DNA of 58,228 nucleotides from Paraglomus brasilianum (GCA_910592345.1 CAJVPI010000085.1:1-58228); one strand, 5' to 3'; shown: positions 1 to 14,462, numbered from the stretch's first letter. The notes: generated from the sequence alone by a model not told the origin. Numbers and translations: made by a program.

Positions 1-42
1 CCTAAAAGCCTATTATTACTACTGTTAACGGTAACGTCTATT

Positions 43-1836
43 TCATATTTTCTGATTTTCTTTCTCACAGATTTTATCCAATGAGGTACGCTGTGGACAT
101 TTTTGACGCCGGTAAAAGGAGGCGAGTGTGGCAGGGCTAAGGCCAATTTCTCCCGATAAGACATTATACATTTTCGTGGGAGAGCGAACTTCCCTCTTTC
201 TTCTATCGTTAAATATGACGGTAAATTCCAATTCCGGAAATAAGTGTCCGGAGTATCTCCATAGTTAAGATGCCTCGATTAAATAAATCATAGATTATGA
301 TTATAGTGATAAAAATAGCGAACAAAAAAATATCGGATAAATTGAGTGGCGGATAAATTAATTATTCGTTCTTACAGAAGTAGAGATTTTTGTATTGTAT
401 TTGTTCTTTAGTTTTACTAAAGGCTTGCCGATAATGTTTTTTCTTACCAAAATCTCCAGTAGTTTTATACATCAAAACTTGTCATTAGCGAACTGCAGCA
501 TTGTTCTTTAGATTTCGTTCTAAATCGAGGTAGTATAACGAGTTCATACAACTGTAACAAATAATAGCTGTGACTTTAGATTTATAAATTTAAGCTATAT
601 TACCATCCGTGACATTGGTCCTTTACTCTCGAACTAATAAATTATCGGCGATCACAATATGTTATTAATAGCTATTCTAAAAGAACAGATCTTGTGATAA
701 CATAATGGGCACCATTCAAACTTTTTCGTAATCAACTTTAGTGGATATTCCCATTGATGTGCAGGACCAGAGGTAAATATCGTAACCATTTACGTTACCA
801 GTTTTTACTAAGACACTCTCTCCACGTCTTTTGGCATACTCTTCCGCCTTAGTTAATTTTTCAGAAACTCGGGTTGTATGAACTAACCGACTGCGTTGAT
901 CTTCCGATAATATACTTTGAGGCGGGTATTGGATCTTATCTGGGTCGACAATATGCATGCTAACAATCCACGTGATGGGCATATTCTCCATCTAAATAAT
1001 ATAAAACCGGTTCTTTTTCAGAGACAACGATTTTTCGAATTGTAAATAAAGTCGGAGTCTATATTGGATCAGTTGCACGTTTCTGATTTTCCATGCCACC
1101 TTCCCATTCGGCGTTAGCAAGTAAATATCGAACTGTGTCGATTTTATTTAACCTTTTTTCATTATTTCCTCCTGGTCGCTTATATTTTGTGGATGGCCTA
1201 GATTCAACTCTTTCTAATGTTATTGTTATGGCTATTGCTGGAGCTAAACCCCACCTCAAAGATCCCGGAGCTCTAATGAGACATTTTGGATAATTATTCA
1301 AGTAATCGATAACTTTTGGCAGATGCTTAACCCATGCTCTTATTAATTTGGGATTTGAAGATAGAGATTCAACTGCGTATTGGAATTTATATAACATTTG
1401 CGCAAGTGTCTTATTAAATCGTTCTATAATTGCTAGCCCTCGATGACTATAAAGTCCAATCACCCGAATTGTAACATTATAATCCCGCATTAATGGAGCG
1501 GCTTTGCCCATAAACTCTCTGCTTTCATCACATTGTAATAACTTGGGCCAGACAAGAGGAATATTTGGGTTGTCATAGTTTTTTTTAAAATGCGCTTGTA
1601 ACTTCTGAACTGTTCGACGTTAGCGGTATAGAATATTTGTATCTACTGACGACATCTATGACATTAAGAACCCATTTAAATATTTTTATATATATTTTAT
1701 CGTTCGTAAGACGCAAAAGATCGCATTGGTGCACACAGTTTGGACGTGAAATTTTACCATAACTAACTCTTGGGATATCTTTCGGCGGTGGAGCGTATTT
1801 TTGCCATTCATTCTGGTTTATGAGCCAGTTACGCAC
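43..1836 (-). mobile_element. Degenerate integrase-encoding element (Polinton/Maverick- or Ginger-like) with small co-oriented intronless ORFs; probably continues beyond the window's left edge
   Basis: Tightly packed, intronless minus-strand ORFs (1585-1836, 1059-1511, 716-991, 43-231) lead with an rve-type integrase. No RT or gag is visible. ORF 43-231 has an HTH-like pattern (LSGEIGLSPATLASFY). Confidence 0.6.
1059..1836 (-). pseudogene. Frameshifted retroviral-type (rve, DDE) integrase
   Basis: The upstream part gives HQCDLL...LNVIDVVSRY. After a frameshift at the A/T run near 1579-1589 the frame reads YDNPNIPLVWPKLLQCDESREFMG...IIERFNKTL, completing a D-D-E triad. Confidence 0.8.
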
Positions 1837-2239
1837 TTTCTCGAATGGAAATTAAAATCCTTCCCGTGTAAGATCCTTCCATAAGCGTCGAGGATTAGAG
1901 TGATAAAGACGCACTAGGAATGTGGCAATGAGCATCATAACTAGCCAAATAGTCGAATTCAAGAGACGTGAACTGATCGCCTAGGCTAGATTTCGTCATA
2001 CTAATACATTTATTGTACATATGGACAATGGAGATTTTCGGAAAAGAAAGAGTTTTCCTAATTGATTGCCGACTATTTTCTTCTCCATCCCTAATACACA
2101 GATCGCTGGTAATATGTTTGTAATTGTCACTGTAACACAAAATCTCATAATACGCCATATCAAGATCGACGATGGGATCAACCAATAAACATTTTCTTTA
2201 CAATCTCCGCTTCATTCCGTCTTTCTTCCTCTTGTTCTA

Positions 2240-4112
2240 ATGTCTGTATCTGACTACATTCGCATTGGCACCGATTATCGAGTCGGTACGCCACCTCGTT
2301 TAGTTTCAGTCTTTTTTACAATGTTCGATGAGGAATTGGGCCCAAGTCTCCTCTACGAAGTACCCGAAGGCTCAATAAAACCCTTACCCAACTCCACGCC
2401 GCTAATTGATTTCTCTTCCATATCTGAATATATAATTCCCAAGTCCGACTTGTGTGGACATTTAGTCTCTGTTTGTACTGGTCCATATAAAGTCATGGGT
2501 GTACCGGTCATGATTAGAAATAAGAAGTATAAGCGGCGGATGTTGGTTTTTAACTTGAGCTTTGTGTTTGATCGTAATGCGGATACGTCGAGCTATGAAC
2601 CAGTCGCCAGAAAGATTGCCCGTGTCTTGACTTCGCTTGAGGTGAGATTTTGAGTGACAAGAGCAAAGCAAAGAGAAAACCTGTTCAAGCAATTACATAA
2701 ATTATGTGATCTTCAAACAAAATATTTTATATATTCCCGTGTTTCTTCTTGAATCGAACAGATGGAAAGTGATTTCCTTTGGAAAACGGAGACGCGTTCC
2801 AGTGTCTATAATATAATTGAACAGTTGCTTGAGGATCTTAACAATTACTGCGAATGTCAAATTCCAATAAGTTACGCCAAGTTTCATATGTGAATGATTA
2901 TGTCGAGTCAATATGCATCCTCACCTCAATGTATATATCGTCAATAGATGAAACAAACGCCCTTAATTTAAAATTATTTCCAACGTATCCCAATCCTCAG
3001 CCTGTATATGATTACCAAGTGCCGATCTGTACAGTCGATCTCAACACCCTGATTGACATGAATTGGGACATTACAGTAAAGAAGGTTAGACAACGCATAA
3101 AAGAGAGACATCGTATATTGCAATTGTTTGCTGAGTATCTTTTGCGCGCTTTTTTTTTTTAGGTTGTAGCACATATAAATGGTGTTTATCATGTAAAGAA
3201 AATAGCCGAAATAGCTGATGTTGATTATAAACTTGCTAGAGAATGCATGGAGCATTTATTGTAAGATTATTTGATGCGGTCTGTATACGTTTCTGCATTG
3301 TTTCCATTTCTAATATTTGTGACATATACAGGTATTATGGTTGTATTATTATGATTGATATTTTCCAGGTAATCATGTTTCGTATCTGTTCACATTATCA
3401 TTTCTTTTACCTTCTTCTTCTGACCCAACTACTATTTCCATAGTTTTCTAATATTTACGCAGTAAGACCAGAGATCATGAGGATAATAGAAGATGAAACA
3501 GTCCAGACAGAATGCATTTCATATGTGACAGAACCAGGTTGGATATATTTTCGTAACATATCCAAATTCGATCGGATAAATGGTTTTTAACCGCAATCTA
3601 TTACTTAGGTGCAATTCCCTCGCCTTTCTCAAAGATGTTTTCTCTTTATTGCTCACTGAAACGCGACGTCACACTAAAGATGTGGATAGAAGAGAATAAA
3701 GTAGCATCACTTAACATCGATACGAGGTAAATTGCGAACGAGGAGTAAAGTAACATTGCGCTTCTACAGCATTCCATTCGACTAATCTCTTTTCAAATAA
3801 TACATAGGCGATTCATTACTTTTGGTGTCACAAAAGGCTTCCTTCAACGTGTACACAAATATCCAGTGCTCCCAGCATCAGCAGCAATTTCATGCAAATT
3901 AGATCCACATCTAAAAAAGTAAGCGAGCGCAAAGTTTATTGATATCGCAAATCCTTGACTTTACTATTAACATCATCCTATGATCGTCTATCTCCAGACT
4001 GTTAAACGGTCGTCATCATTACGACGACATATGCACATCCGAAAGATACAGTACAAAAGATCTTGACAAGTTGCTTTGCGATATACCGGAAATTAAATTT
4101 ATTTGGAAATAA
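2240..4112 (+). CDS. NPR2: Nitrogen permease regulator 2 (SEACIT/GATOR1 subunit), multi-exon
   Basis: Motifs: FFTMFDEELGPSLLYEVP, FSSISEYIIPK, KYKRRMLVFNLSFVF, IIEQLLEDLNNYCECQIPI, LNLKLFP, NWDITVKK, RRFITFGVTKGFLQRVHKYP. The last exon (after cag at ~3997) reads LLNGRHHYDDICT...IKFIWK, with TAA at 4110-4112. Confidence 0.93.
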
Positions 4113-4155
4113 CACGTCCGTATAAAAATCACTTGTACAAAGGGGTTGTAAATCA

Positions 4156-7100
4156 TCAAGAAGTAGTACCCTCATCCTTTTTCTTCCATTCCAAGTAATT
4201 AGCATGTAATTTCTGTTGCTTTTCCCATTCTTTCTTTAGTTTCTTAATTTTGCTGGTAGACACCTCAGTCTCATCGGCATTATGTGTCGGAATTCCCTAT
4301 TTATTACAGAATATAGTTTAGAGCATTCGATTAAATTAAATCCATTCACTGCCAAATTATTGTATTTCATATTTACTCACCTGTTCATCAAATGCCGAAT
4401 ACAACAGCACACCATTATCGTCTTTGGCCTCTTTAAACATGTCTATTGGTGCTACCTTTCCTTTCTCCAAAGCAGCCAATCTCTCCTCTTCCTTTGCTTT
4501 TGCCAACGCCTCCTTCCGTGCTGTCTTCTCAGCCTGAGCCTTCAGCTTCTCATCTCTCAATTTTAGCAACTCTTCTTTATCAGCCAATTTAACCAATGCT
4601 TTCCCGTCATCCTGATCTTCAAGTGCTACACCCAGATCAACCAACTCAATATCTCTCAATCTATCACAAAGAGCAAGAATTTCTGAATGGGGTTTATTTT
4701 GTCGAGACAAGTCCCGAATATTATCACGAAACTCTGATAAGGCTCGCAGATAAGGCAGTAGCGTATCTTCCTTGTTTGTAGCTGACTGATCAGATGAGCC
4801 GAATCCCAATTCTTCTTGAGTGTCAGCAAGGCCAAAAATTCGAAGCATCTTTGTAATATATGCCGCTACTTTTTCGACTATGCTGACGTTGATTCCGCTC
4901 CGGCCGGCTGAGAGATAGACGTTGGTTTTGTTGATAAGTTCAAGGATCTCATTCATTGCCACTGGTGCGTTTATTGAATCACAGAGTGCTTTGTGGACGG
5001 CTGCCTGCTTCTCGCGTAAGCTAATAATTTCAGGAATAACGCAGACGAGGGGAAAAAAACAACATATTATACGTGATAGCTGATGACTTTTGTTTGCTGT
5101 AATTTCATTTTCTTACACTTTAATCAAGTCTTTTTCTCCGTGTCTGTATCGATGTTTACCGTCAGATGCATGTGCTTCTCCTTTGTTTTCGTTTATGAGA
5201 GCTTTCACTTTCATAAAGAAATTCTACAAAAAATCGATCGATAATGTAAAAAATTAGCTAAAACTCGTAAGAATACCGATGAAACGACTGTTTAATTGAA
5301 ACCGTACATTAATTGTAATTTCCGTGCTTCTTGCTTCGAGCATTGTTGACTCTTTGAAATCCAATTTCGAGTCCCATTGGTGGAGGAGGAAACACATACG
5401 TATTTGACGAGCCGTGTATTTTTTAAGAGCATCCTAAATGGACGGAATATTTGAGCATGATATGCACCGCGTAACATAAACTTTTGATAGTCACTGGTTT
5501 ATATATATGTACCCTAATTGAAATAAAATTCTTTAAAGATTTGCTCATTTTCTGTCCTTCTACGTGCAAATGACCTGGATGGAGGAAGTAGTTAACCCAT
5601 TGATGGTTGCTATGATAAGCCTACAAACAAACATAAAGTCGGATCGTTAGTCAATCTTCCATACTGGAAATTAAAAAAGTCGACCCTGTTTAACTTAAAG
5701 ATACTTCACCTCAGCCTGGGCTATCTCGTTGTCATGATGAGGAAACGCCAGATCAATGCCACCAGAATGGATATCAAGCGTACTTCCAAGTATTTCGCTA
5801 GATTCACAAACCGACAGTTAAACTTCGATTCTCAAAATAATGCATTCAAACAACTTTATGTTATACCTTGCCATGACCGAACACTCAATATGCCAACCAG
5901 GACGACCCTAAAAACAGAATAGATATAATGAACCTCCCGTTCTCATAACCTCTCTTGTACCTTTCCCAAATCTTTTCTCAACTTACAGGTCCCCAGGTTG
6001 ACTGCCAAGCAGGCTCACCAGGCTTACTCTTCTTCCACAGGGCAAAGTCACTCGGATTCTTCTTTCCTCTCAAGTTATTCCCAAGACTGCCTTCACCCTC
6101 CTCGATCAATCCAAGATTGCCTGCTGACCATGGTTGGAGTTTAGCATAATGATGCCCTTTCTTGCCATCGAATGAGGCAGTATCAAAGTAGACTGATCCG
6201 TCGGCGGTGTAAGCGTAGCCGTTATCCATGATTTTCTGTATAAAGGTAGTGATTTCTGGAATATATTCACTTACACGTGTTAATATGTCGCATGGACGAA
6301 CCTAATATGAGCAGAATTGGGTTTACAATAAATCATTGGATGGTGAGTAAATATCGTGTATGAATATGGAGAGATTGATATTAAAACATATCGCCATGTA
6401 GAACTAACGTTCAGTGTTTCCATGTCCTTCATAAATTCCTTCTCCCAATGAGCAGCAAGATCTCGGAATAGGCGTGGATCCGTTATCGAAGCACCTTTCT
6501 AGTATAGATCATCAAATTTCAAAAACTCGATCGATTAGTAATACGGTTTCAATTGAAAAAGAAACAACAAGTAATACTTACTTGATCGTCTAACCAGGCA
6601 GTAAGAACATCCTGAGCTCCCGTCAGTAACTTTAATGCTGCGTCTCTACTATCATCACCGGCATCAAGAGCAACATCCGCTTCGGCATTTGCTTCTAACG
6701 CGGCATGCTAACGACAGGGATAAAAATCTGAGTATACATCTTGTACAGAAACTCATTGATAATGAAGGCTTGGTAGACGACTTACAAAGATTTTCGTATG
6801 CATCAAATACTTGGGATCATTCTCGTCACTGTTACTTCCTACTTTGAGCACATTTCTGGTATAGAATTGTAGTGCTTGTGTTACTTGTACCAGAAGATCT
6901 TTCGTTAAAGATGTTATTGACGATTTGAATTCTTCAAATAAGAGATTATGACGTGCTCGAACAATGATCTATTGTAAAGCGAGTTGTATTATTATTATAT
7001 AATAAAATGAGCGATTAACAAGAGCATTCGGACATCTATCCTACTGGCTATTACTCACCTTATCATCAATGTCTGTTATGTTCATTACAAACAGGACGTC

Positions 7101-7693
7101 ATAGTTAAAGTAATCAGTCAATACTCTACGCAAGATATCTACCGTCACATATAATCTACGATATCAGGACGAATCACAATTATTACATGACCCATCAAGA
7201 AAAATAATCATTTCATTCTCAATTCTCTCTACCTTGCATGACCAATGTGGGAAGCATCATATACGGTGGGGCCGCAGTTATACCAAGTAACTTGTTTTCC
7301 CTTCTCGGGTGTAAATTCAACCTAGTACACAATAAAACACTGCAATCAATCAACTTGTCAAAATCCATAATCCTCCTCACGTTCAATCAATTCGTCAATG
7401 ACATTGATTTATATCTTATCCCACTCGAAATTCACCTTACTCCTTGTAAGAGAATTATACAGTTTCAGAGTTGGTGCTGGACTAGAATTTACTGGCACAC
7501 GCCATTCAGGTTGCGTTTTGGTCGACATGTGCTTACTCGTTTTCTGATTAAATATGCTAACGCTGGAATAAATATAATTTCCTCTTTTTCGTATATAGTG
7601 TTTCGAACAATTAGAGCAGCTTGTATATATCACTCGTGTAAAATCAACCAACGGGCGTCTTGCGCCTATAAATAATGGAGAGATGCACCTCAT
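4156..7693 (-). CDS. CRS1: Cysteinyl-tRNA synthetase, multi-exon
   Basis: Motifs: [79 protein letters not shown], and the class I signature KMSKSLKNF. The last exon reads GIPTHNAD...EGTTS, with its stop at 4156-4158. Confidence 0.95.
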
Positions 7694-10600
7694 CAGATGA
7701 TTTCACAAACATGTTTGCAACTGATCAATACGCAAACAATACGCGAATGCAGGAATGGGGTGGGACGAGAGTTCATTTTTGATCATGTGATTTAAATTAA
7801 ATGTCGCAGCTTTAAAACATTCACAAAGGTAGTCACGTGAGAGCCATTTGGGTTCCTCTGTTTCAGATGTGGGTGCATGTGAATATTGACTATAATAACA
7901 TGAGCAAGCGTATACAGATTCGCGCTCAAAACGAAGAAGGATCGTACATCTTGCGGTGAAACGTCGATCGAATAGGAGTATCAAATGGAAACCATGCAAC
8001 GCCGCCTCACAAACTGTAACGCGGGACGATCAACAATTGATTTTTAGGAAAGTTGAATGTTTTCAGCGACGCAACTTGAATCTAGGAAAATGTCGATATA
8101 AAAACTATCATTTCTTTATCAAGGTGGCTGCTACGATATTAGATTTGAACGAAATTGATTACCGTAAGACTGTATTAGTATGGTCAAATTCTTTTTTCAT
8201 AGTTGGATTTTCCAATATGATAGCTTTTTAAGTGATTGTTTTGTTAACAATAAGCTGTTACATATTTCAAAATTGTGGAGCATATACGGTTAATGCAACT
8301 GCATAAATACGTCATTAAAAGATAGCTACTATACAGGAATACTGATTTCTCATGTTACAATTGACACTCAAAACGAGATCTTGATTTAACCTATTAAATC
8401 AATGGTTTCTTTGTTTTATTACCGTTTTAGTTTAGCAAATGTCCCAATGTATACGAACACAACAAATTCCATGAAGCACCGTAGGATCCTCGTTGAGAAT
8501 AGAACATTGCGTTAGTGGTAACCTCTGTCAGGCAAGTAGTGCAGCGGATAGTAATAATGATTTGCTTACAAAAACGCCTGCGAATAGATTAGACCTAACG
8601 TGATCAGTACTACTTGGATGCTTTAAGCGACGTGTTCTATTATTAGAATGGGTAATTGTATGTCACACAAGATTCCATGATATATACAGTCACGTACCGC
8701 GAAAGTCTGTTTGTTTTTATCTATTACTATCGCTTCGCTTGCTGATATATTGAAAATACCCAGTCTCCTTGAAATGCTACTGTTCCTCGAGAAAGTGTAT
8801 ACGAAATGGAGTTGAATAGGGTCTTGGCAAGTTGGCTCGTGGGATTCCGTTGGCTTACTAATACTAAAGGTTTGTCGGATTTGTAAATATGTCAATTTCG
8901 ATCTTATCAACTGCACTAGTGGCTTGTTTTATTATTCCAGATATAGAACTTAGCGACTGTGGAGATAAGGTTCACAGAGGGTTCACCTATTATTCCAGAG
9001 ACTGTGAAGATAGAGCTTACAGAGACCACTGGTTCGCCTCAGCAAATCTGTTACTTTAGAGACTGTTTATAAAGAAAGGAGAAATTTGGTATGTGACTGT
9101 ATGTTTGGGCGATTACGTTTCCATACTTTTTGCTAATATTGTATTAACTTTTACGTCGGTATTTTTCTTACTAACTACGTAAGACTTCGGTATCGCCCTC
9201 ATTCTTGTTACTCAATTATTTGACAAACGTGCTAAGTATCCATTTGGTCAGGATATTTACGGTATGCTCAGTATTCAATCATTATTATTATTTTTTTCAC
9301 TTTACTTTAACTACTTATTTCTTTCCGATCGAAATACAGGCGTAATTAGTGAGTTTTCTCCATTTGACTTTACAAACGCAATATGCCAACAAGCGGATTA
9401 CCGGAAAAAACTCTAAAGGAAGTGCAATAATCGGGGTAAGTATTTATTAGTATTTATTGCATTTATTGTTCTTCACTATATCAAATGCTAATTACTCTAA
9501 CGTGTACCTGTATATCAGAATATTAGGAGGAATCCCATTCCAAGTGGGGAAATACAGATACCACTATTTCATCGGAAAGATACCAGATGCAACGAAATAA
9601 TGCTCTAGGCGCTGAATCAAAGTTTTGATTCGAAATCACAAAAATTCCGAAAAACGCCCGAATGACCAGCATTTTACAAAGAAACCTCACGTCTTACGAT
9701 GTTCCTAGTTCTATCGCGATTCGATTAAACTATATCGAAACGCTATGAGAACCTTAAACGCGTTATTCCCAAGGAGCGTGCGCGCGTATACTTAGTGCAA
9801 TCATTCAGTAAGTAATTATAATCAGACATCTAATGTTATAAGCTGCATTTGTTAACTATCATTGTATTTTTTATAGATGGATTTAGTTCGACCGCTGCCA
9901 ACAATATACATACTCCAACGATTTATGCGGATCAAAATACCTTCTACCTGTGAGTGATTTCGAACAATTCTCAAAGGCCATGACGGATGGCTCGAAGAAA
10001 TACAGAACCTTTTACGGTGACAGCCTTCCATTCGATCAAAACCCACTATATCCTGTTTTTCAAATAATAGGAGATGGGTTTGAAATTGTGAATCAACCTT
10101 GCTTCGTCTGCAGCACCGAATGTGGTAATATTAGAACCTGGACCGAATCCGTGTAGCAATGAAAACGTACATGCAGCTATGCTAATGTATTTTGGTGATG
10201 TTGGATTAAACTCGGGATATATTGACTTTGGAGAAATGTCGTTATTATGACCCCTCGGAACACCCAATCAAAAAAATAAGTGGAAGGTATTGATTGGAGA
10301 GGCAGCGGAGGCATCGCAAACTCGATGCAAGAGAATTTGAAGACAGTCGGACATTGAAAATATTGTCTCCGCCAATAATTATCAAAGTGTCGCCTCGCCT
10401 CTCCACCACGTCACGTCTCCGCCAATATTATACCAAAGTGTCACGTCCCAGTCACCTCGCTGCCTCTCCACTATCATTCCACGTCGCGTCTCCAGTCGCC
10501 ACGCCTAATCACAGAGTCAGAGTTCCCCACCCCTTTAACTCAGTAATACTAAATGTCACATTCCCAAATGTTAGCATTTGGCTAACGCAACAATTTCAAC

Positions 10601-12411
10601 CGGATATAACATCATCTTAACAGATAAAAATGACTTGTATTCGGATTTGATTAATTTCATCGAGTCTAGAAAAGACTCGATAGCTCTAACAATATTTATT
10701 ATTATATCATTTTTCTAATAACGTTAAAGTCCTTTTTGTTCTTATTTTGTTTATTCTCATGTTAATTTGGTTGAATCTGAACCAAAATGAAGATGTATCG
10801 GTTTATATTCATTAAAACAAGTTTGTTATATAGCGAAAATAATGGCGGACAGTATTTTTTTTAATATATCGACTTTGTTCTTATCATTTTTTTTTCTAAA
10901 AAAAAAATTTTATTTAACAAAAGTTCAAGACTAACATTATAACTTGCAAAAAAACCAAAATGAAAAGTGGCTTCCTTTTAGATCAATATTATGAATGTAA
11001 GTTGACAAAAAGCAAATGTAAAGGCTTTTTTTTTACATCAACAGATTAGATTATATCAGGCAAAAATTATATTTTTCGACTTGTAATCTTCTAAATTTTA
11101 ATTAGCAAGTCTAAAAACGCGAACATCTTATAGTAAATTTGAGACTGTTATTATAAGTTTATAATTAATCCAAATCTCATCGAGATTATTAAATACAAAT
11201 ATAAAGACAAGGGTATTTTTAATCATGCCTGACATATTAAGTAAATAAGAAAAGTAACAATACATTTACATATTACTATAATAGTAGATAACCGATTGTT
11301 GTATTGACTTTAAAAACAATTGTCACCGCCATTATTTTTGCCAGGGACTGTATATAATACATCGGTAATGCATGAGGAAATTCGTAAAACGCAAACAAGC
11401 GAATTCCATTTTTTAACTATTCCATATAAATATATCGTATTAATAGACTGGGTTCTCATTGATGTACACGCGCTTAATACGATCGATAAGATCTTTTATT
11501 GCATTTCCACCTCTCATATAAACATATCTTTCGTAAGCAGCAAAGTAGAATAGATCGATTGTATTGCGCAATAACTTTTATTGATATTTGATACAATACA
11601 TATGGCAGGACTAGTTACACAACCTGTCAAAAAGCAAACAAGATAATTCCCATTCGAATCGTTTCATAATTTGCATTATACTATTATGGCTAAGCAGTAC
11701 TAAAGCAAGGGGGGTAACTATACTAGAGCAATGCATTACGGCAATAAAGACTTTAATATATTAAAAATATGGTTAATAGTAATTGTTGTTATTCTACCCT
11801 TCGGTGAGTAATCCGGCAGAAGGGAGACTGCTTCACGTTTCTTTGGAGTGTCATTCACCGAAGTTATATTGACGTTATGTCTCATAACATTTGTGGTTGC
11901 TTTATTTACTGACCTAGCTGTTGACAAGACGTCAGTCTGGAGATATTGGAGCTATAATATTAAGTATTTTCTACACTCTACTTAAATCTGGTGAGTAACG
12001 AAAGTAGAGGTTTGTATTTTGCAGTAAATCATATCGTCTACTGCGTCTTCAATTTAATGCGAGTGATGTTGATGATCGACAACTCTATCACTTAACCTAA
12101 TTCATTACATCACCTTTCGCTAAGTGTAGCGTGCGAATTTTTTATATTCTAAATTATGAAAATTGGGAACAAATATAACAAGTTAAGGATTTATCCGTAA
12201 GCAAGGGGGAAGATGCATAAAATCCCTTCAAAACTATCAAATGTCGTCGATCTATTTCTAATTGTGAAAAAGGTACCCCGCCAACGTTTGCGGTACACCT
12301 TTCAGTGTTTCATTTGTTTCATTTGTGTACTACAGCGCACAATCTTCATCAACTTTGCGGTACTCATATTTTGCTTTTTGGTCTTGTTCATTTCTCCATA
12401 TACCCTTTCTT

Positions 12412-13347
12412 ATGGAAAATTACGCTCATCCAAAAACTCCTCAGTCTGCTTCTGTCTATGAACAAGAAACAGTTGAGCTGAGTGGACACGATAGCTTTGA
12501 ACTTGACAATGAAGATAGAGTAAACCTGTTGGAAACTCAAGATGATATTCAGACCCAGAGATGGGGAACACCTATCTACGGTCGTAAGTTTCATACAATA
12601 CATCATGGGCTCTTCGTACTGTTGAATACTTATATGTTTGTTGCGACTTTTGCACTGAGAAAATCGTGGAATCAACAGGTTAGTAATAAGCGACAAAGGA
12701 TGTACTAATGTATAATATATGACGTATGATGTATAATTGTGTATATACTCTATATCGTTATGATACAAGCTTTATATATTTTTATCATTATGTGGCTAAC
12801 AAAACAATGCAAATCTCTCAGCTAATAGACTCACATCCGGGAAGCTTGACGCAAGTTAGAGTTGCATTTTATCTGGAATCCACAACTAGAGTAATAACGC
12901 TAGTGCTCGCATCCATATTTCATACTTATAAGAAACACACATTTCTAAACATCCTTGGATTGACATTAGGTATGCTATCAAAGGATGCATGAATTAAATT
13001 GTATATCGATTGAGGATTATTTATTAGATTATCGCAAGAGACATATCGCTATTGTTCTGTCAATGATCCTTATCTTCATCTACTTTATAGGACGTCTAGA
13101 TTATCACCTTCTGGTACACTTTTACAGGGAACACAACGATCTCCGTACATTACTTTATGCATTAGAAGCGATGTACTTGTTTGGAAGCGTTAGCACATTG
13201 CTCTACGTCTGGACAAGCCTATGTCAAGCAGCCGTTGAATCTGGCGGCGTATCGATTCTTGTCATAATATCTACAGGAGTGTGTGTATTGACAGTGTTCA
13301 GAGGTTTTGCAACATTATTATTTTTATTACACAAGAAATTTAGATGA
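12412..13347 (+). CDS. Uncharacterised multi-pass membrane protein, 3 exons (12412-12678, 12822-12969, 13091-13347)
   Basis: ATG at 12412. Two GT-AG introns (phase 0, then phase 1) join into one open frame with an acidic N-terminal tail and several hydrophobic segments. A CTAAC branch site lies near 12796. Confidence 0.75.
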
Positions 13348-14462
13348 TGAAAGATGTGTACGTAATGTGTATTATTATTATTACTATAAGAAGATAATGG
13401 AAATCTAATACATCAAATGATTGGTTAAAGCCAAAATACGCATAAGATTATGGGATACATGTCCAAAAGATATGTCCCTTCTCCTATGCACAATAAAAGT
13501 ATTCGTATAGAGCGTTTAGTTCTCGTGCATGGCTTGCCATTCAGTGGAGAGATTGATGCCATGGCGCGATTAAAGTATTCAAAATATACTCTCATTTTCT
13601 CGAAGCTTTTAGTAATTTGTGTAAAATCTGTACTTTCTGGCAGCCTATCGGCTTAATATCCGAAAAATGCATGGCAAGCGAGATTATTTTGGAAGTATAA
13701 GACTCGACATGAGGTTTAATATATTAACAAAGATAAAGGCATTCTATCATTTATTGAACAGATAAAATTGACACTAAAAGGGTTATTAATTAAAGTACAC
13801 AAAATACATATATCATCTGACATTTTTAGTGTTACATTTATTATTATAGCTGCTAGTCCTGCCGTCGCAGGGAAATTGACATACGGTATTATGGGTTATT
13901 GTTAACACCAGAAGATGATACCTAATCCGTTCAAATTTACTGTTCCAACAACAACAAGTACTACTATAGCTTTTATTGCGGTTATACAAACACTTAAAAT
14001 TAGTAATAGCGAGAGGCAATCTAAGCTAAGTGATAAAGATCTTTACAAGATGTAGTAGGCGAAATAAAATGCCAACATTTACAGGAAAGTTTAGATAGCA
14101 CCGAAGCAATAGACTTTGAAATTCGCAAAAGTCCCATCATTCGATCGTCAAGGATAAACTACTTCCTAAATTAAAGGAAGTTTTGATCCTCATGTTTAAA
14201 TTGTAATGAATAGTATAAGTATGTGCTCACTGAAATTTTTAGTGGAGCTACAATAGATCGCCATTGATAAAATAATGACTTCTCATATCCGAAAACGAGG
14301 TTATCTAGCGACGTTATTTTGGTGCTACATTCACGAGCTTCGAGTATCTGACTCTCTTCCGTTAGACATAAGGAGACATTTATTGGTTCAGTTGCGTTAA
14401 TGCTATACTCATAGTGCATGGTATCACGGCGTTGTAATCATGCTCGTCAATATTAATACATA

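Noticed and set aside
8620..10160. Possible gene (fragments such as MDLVRPLPTIYILQRFMRIKIPS and VSDFEQFSKAMTD)
   Set aside because: Frames shift and no consistent exon chain could be built. It may be a decayed gene, but I cannot support a call.
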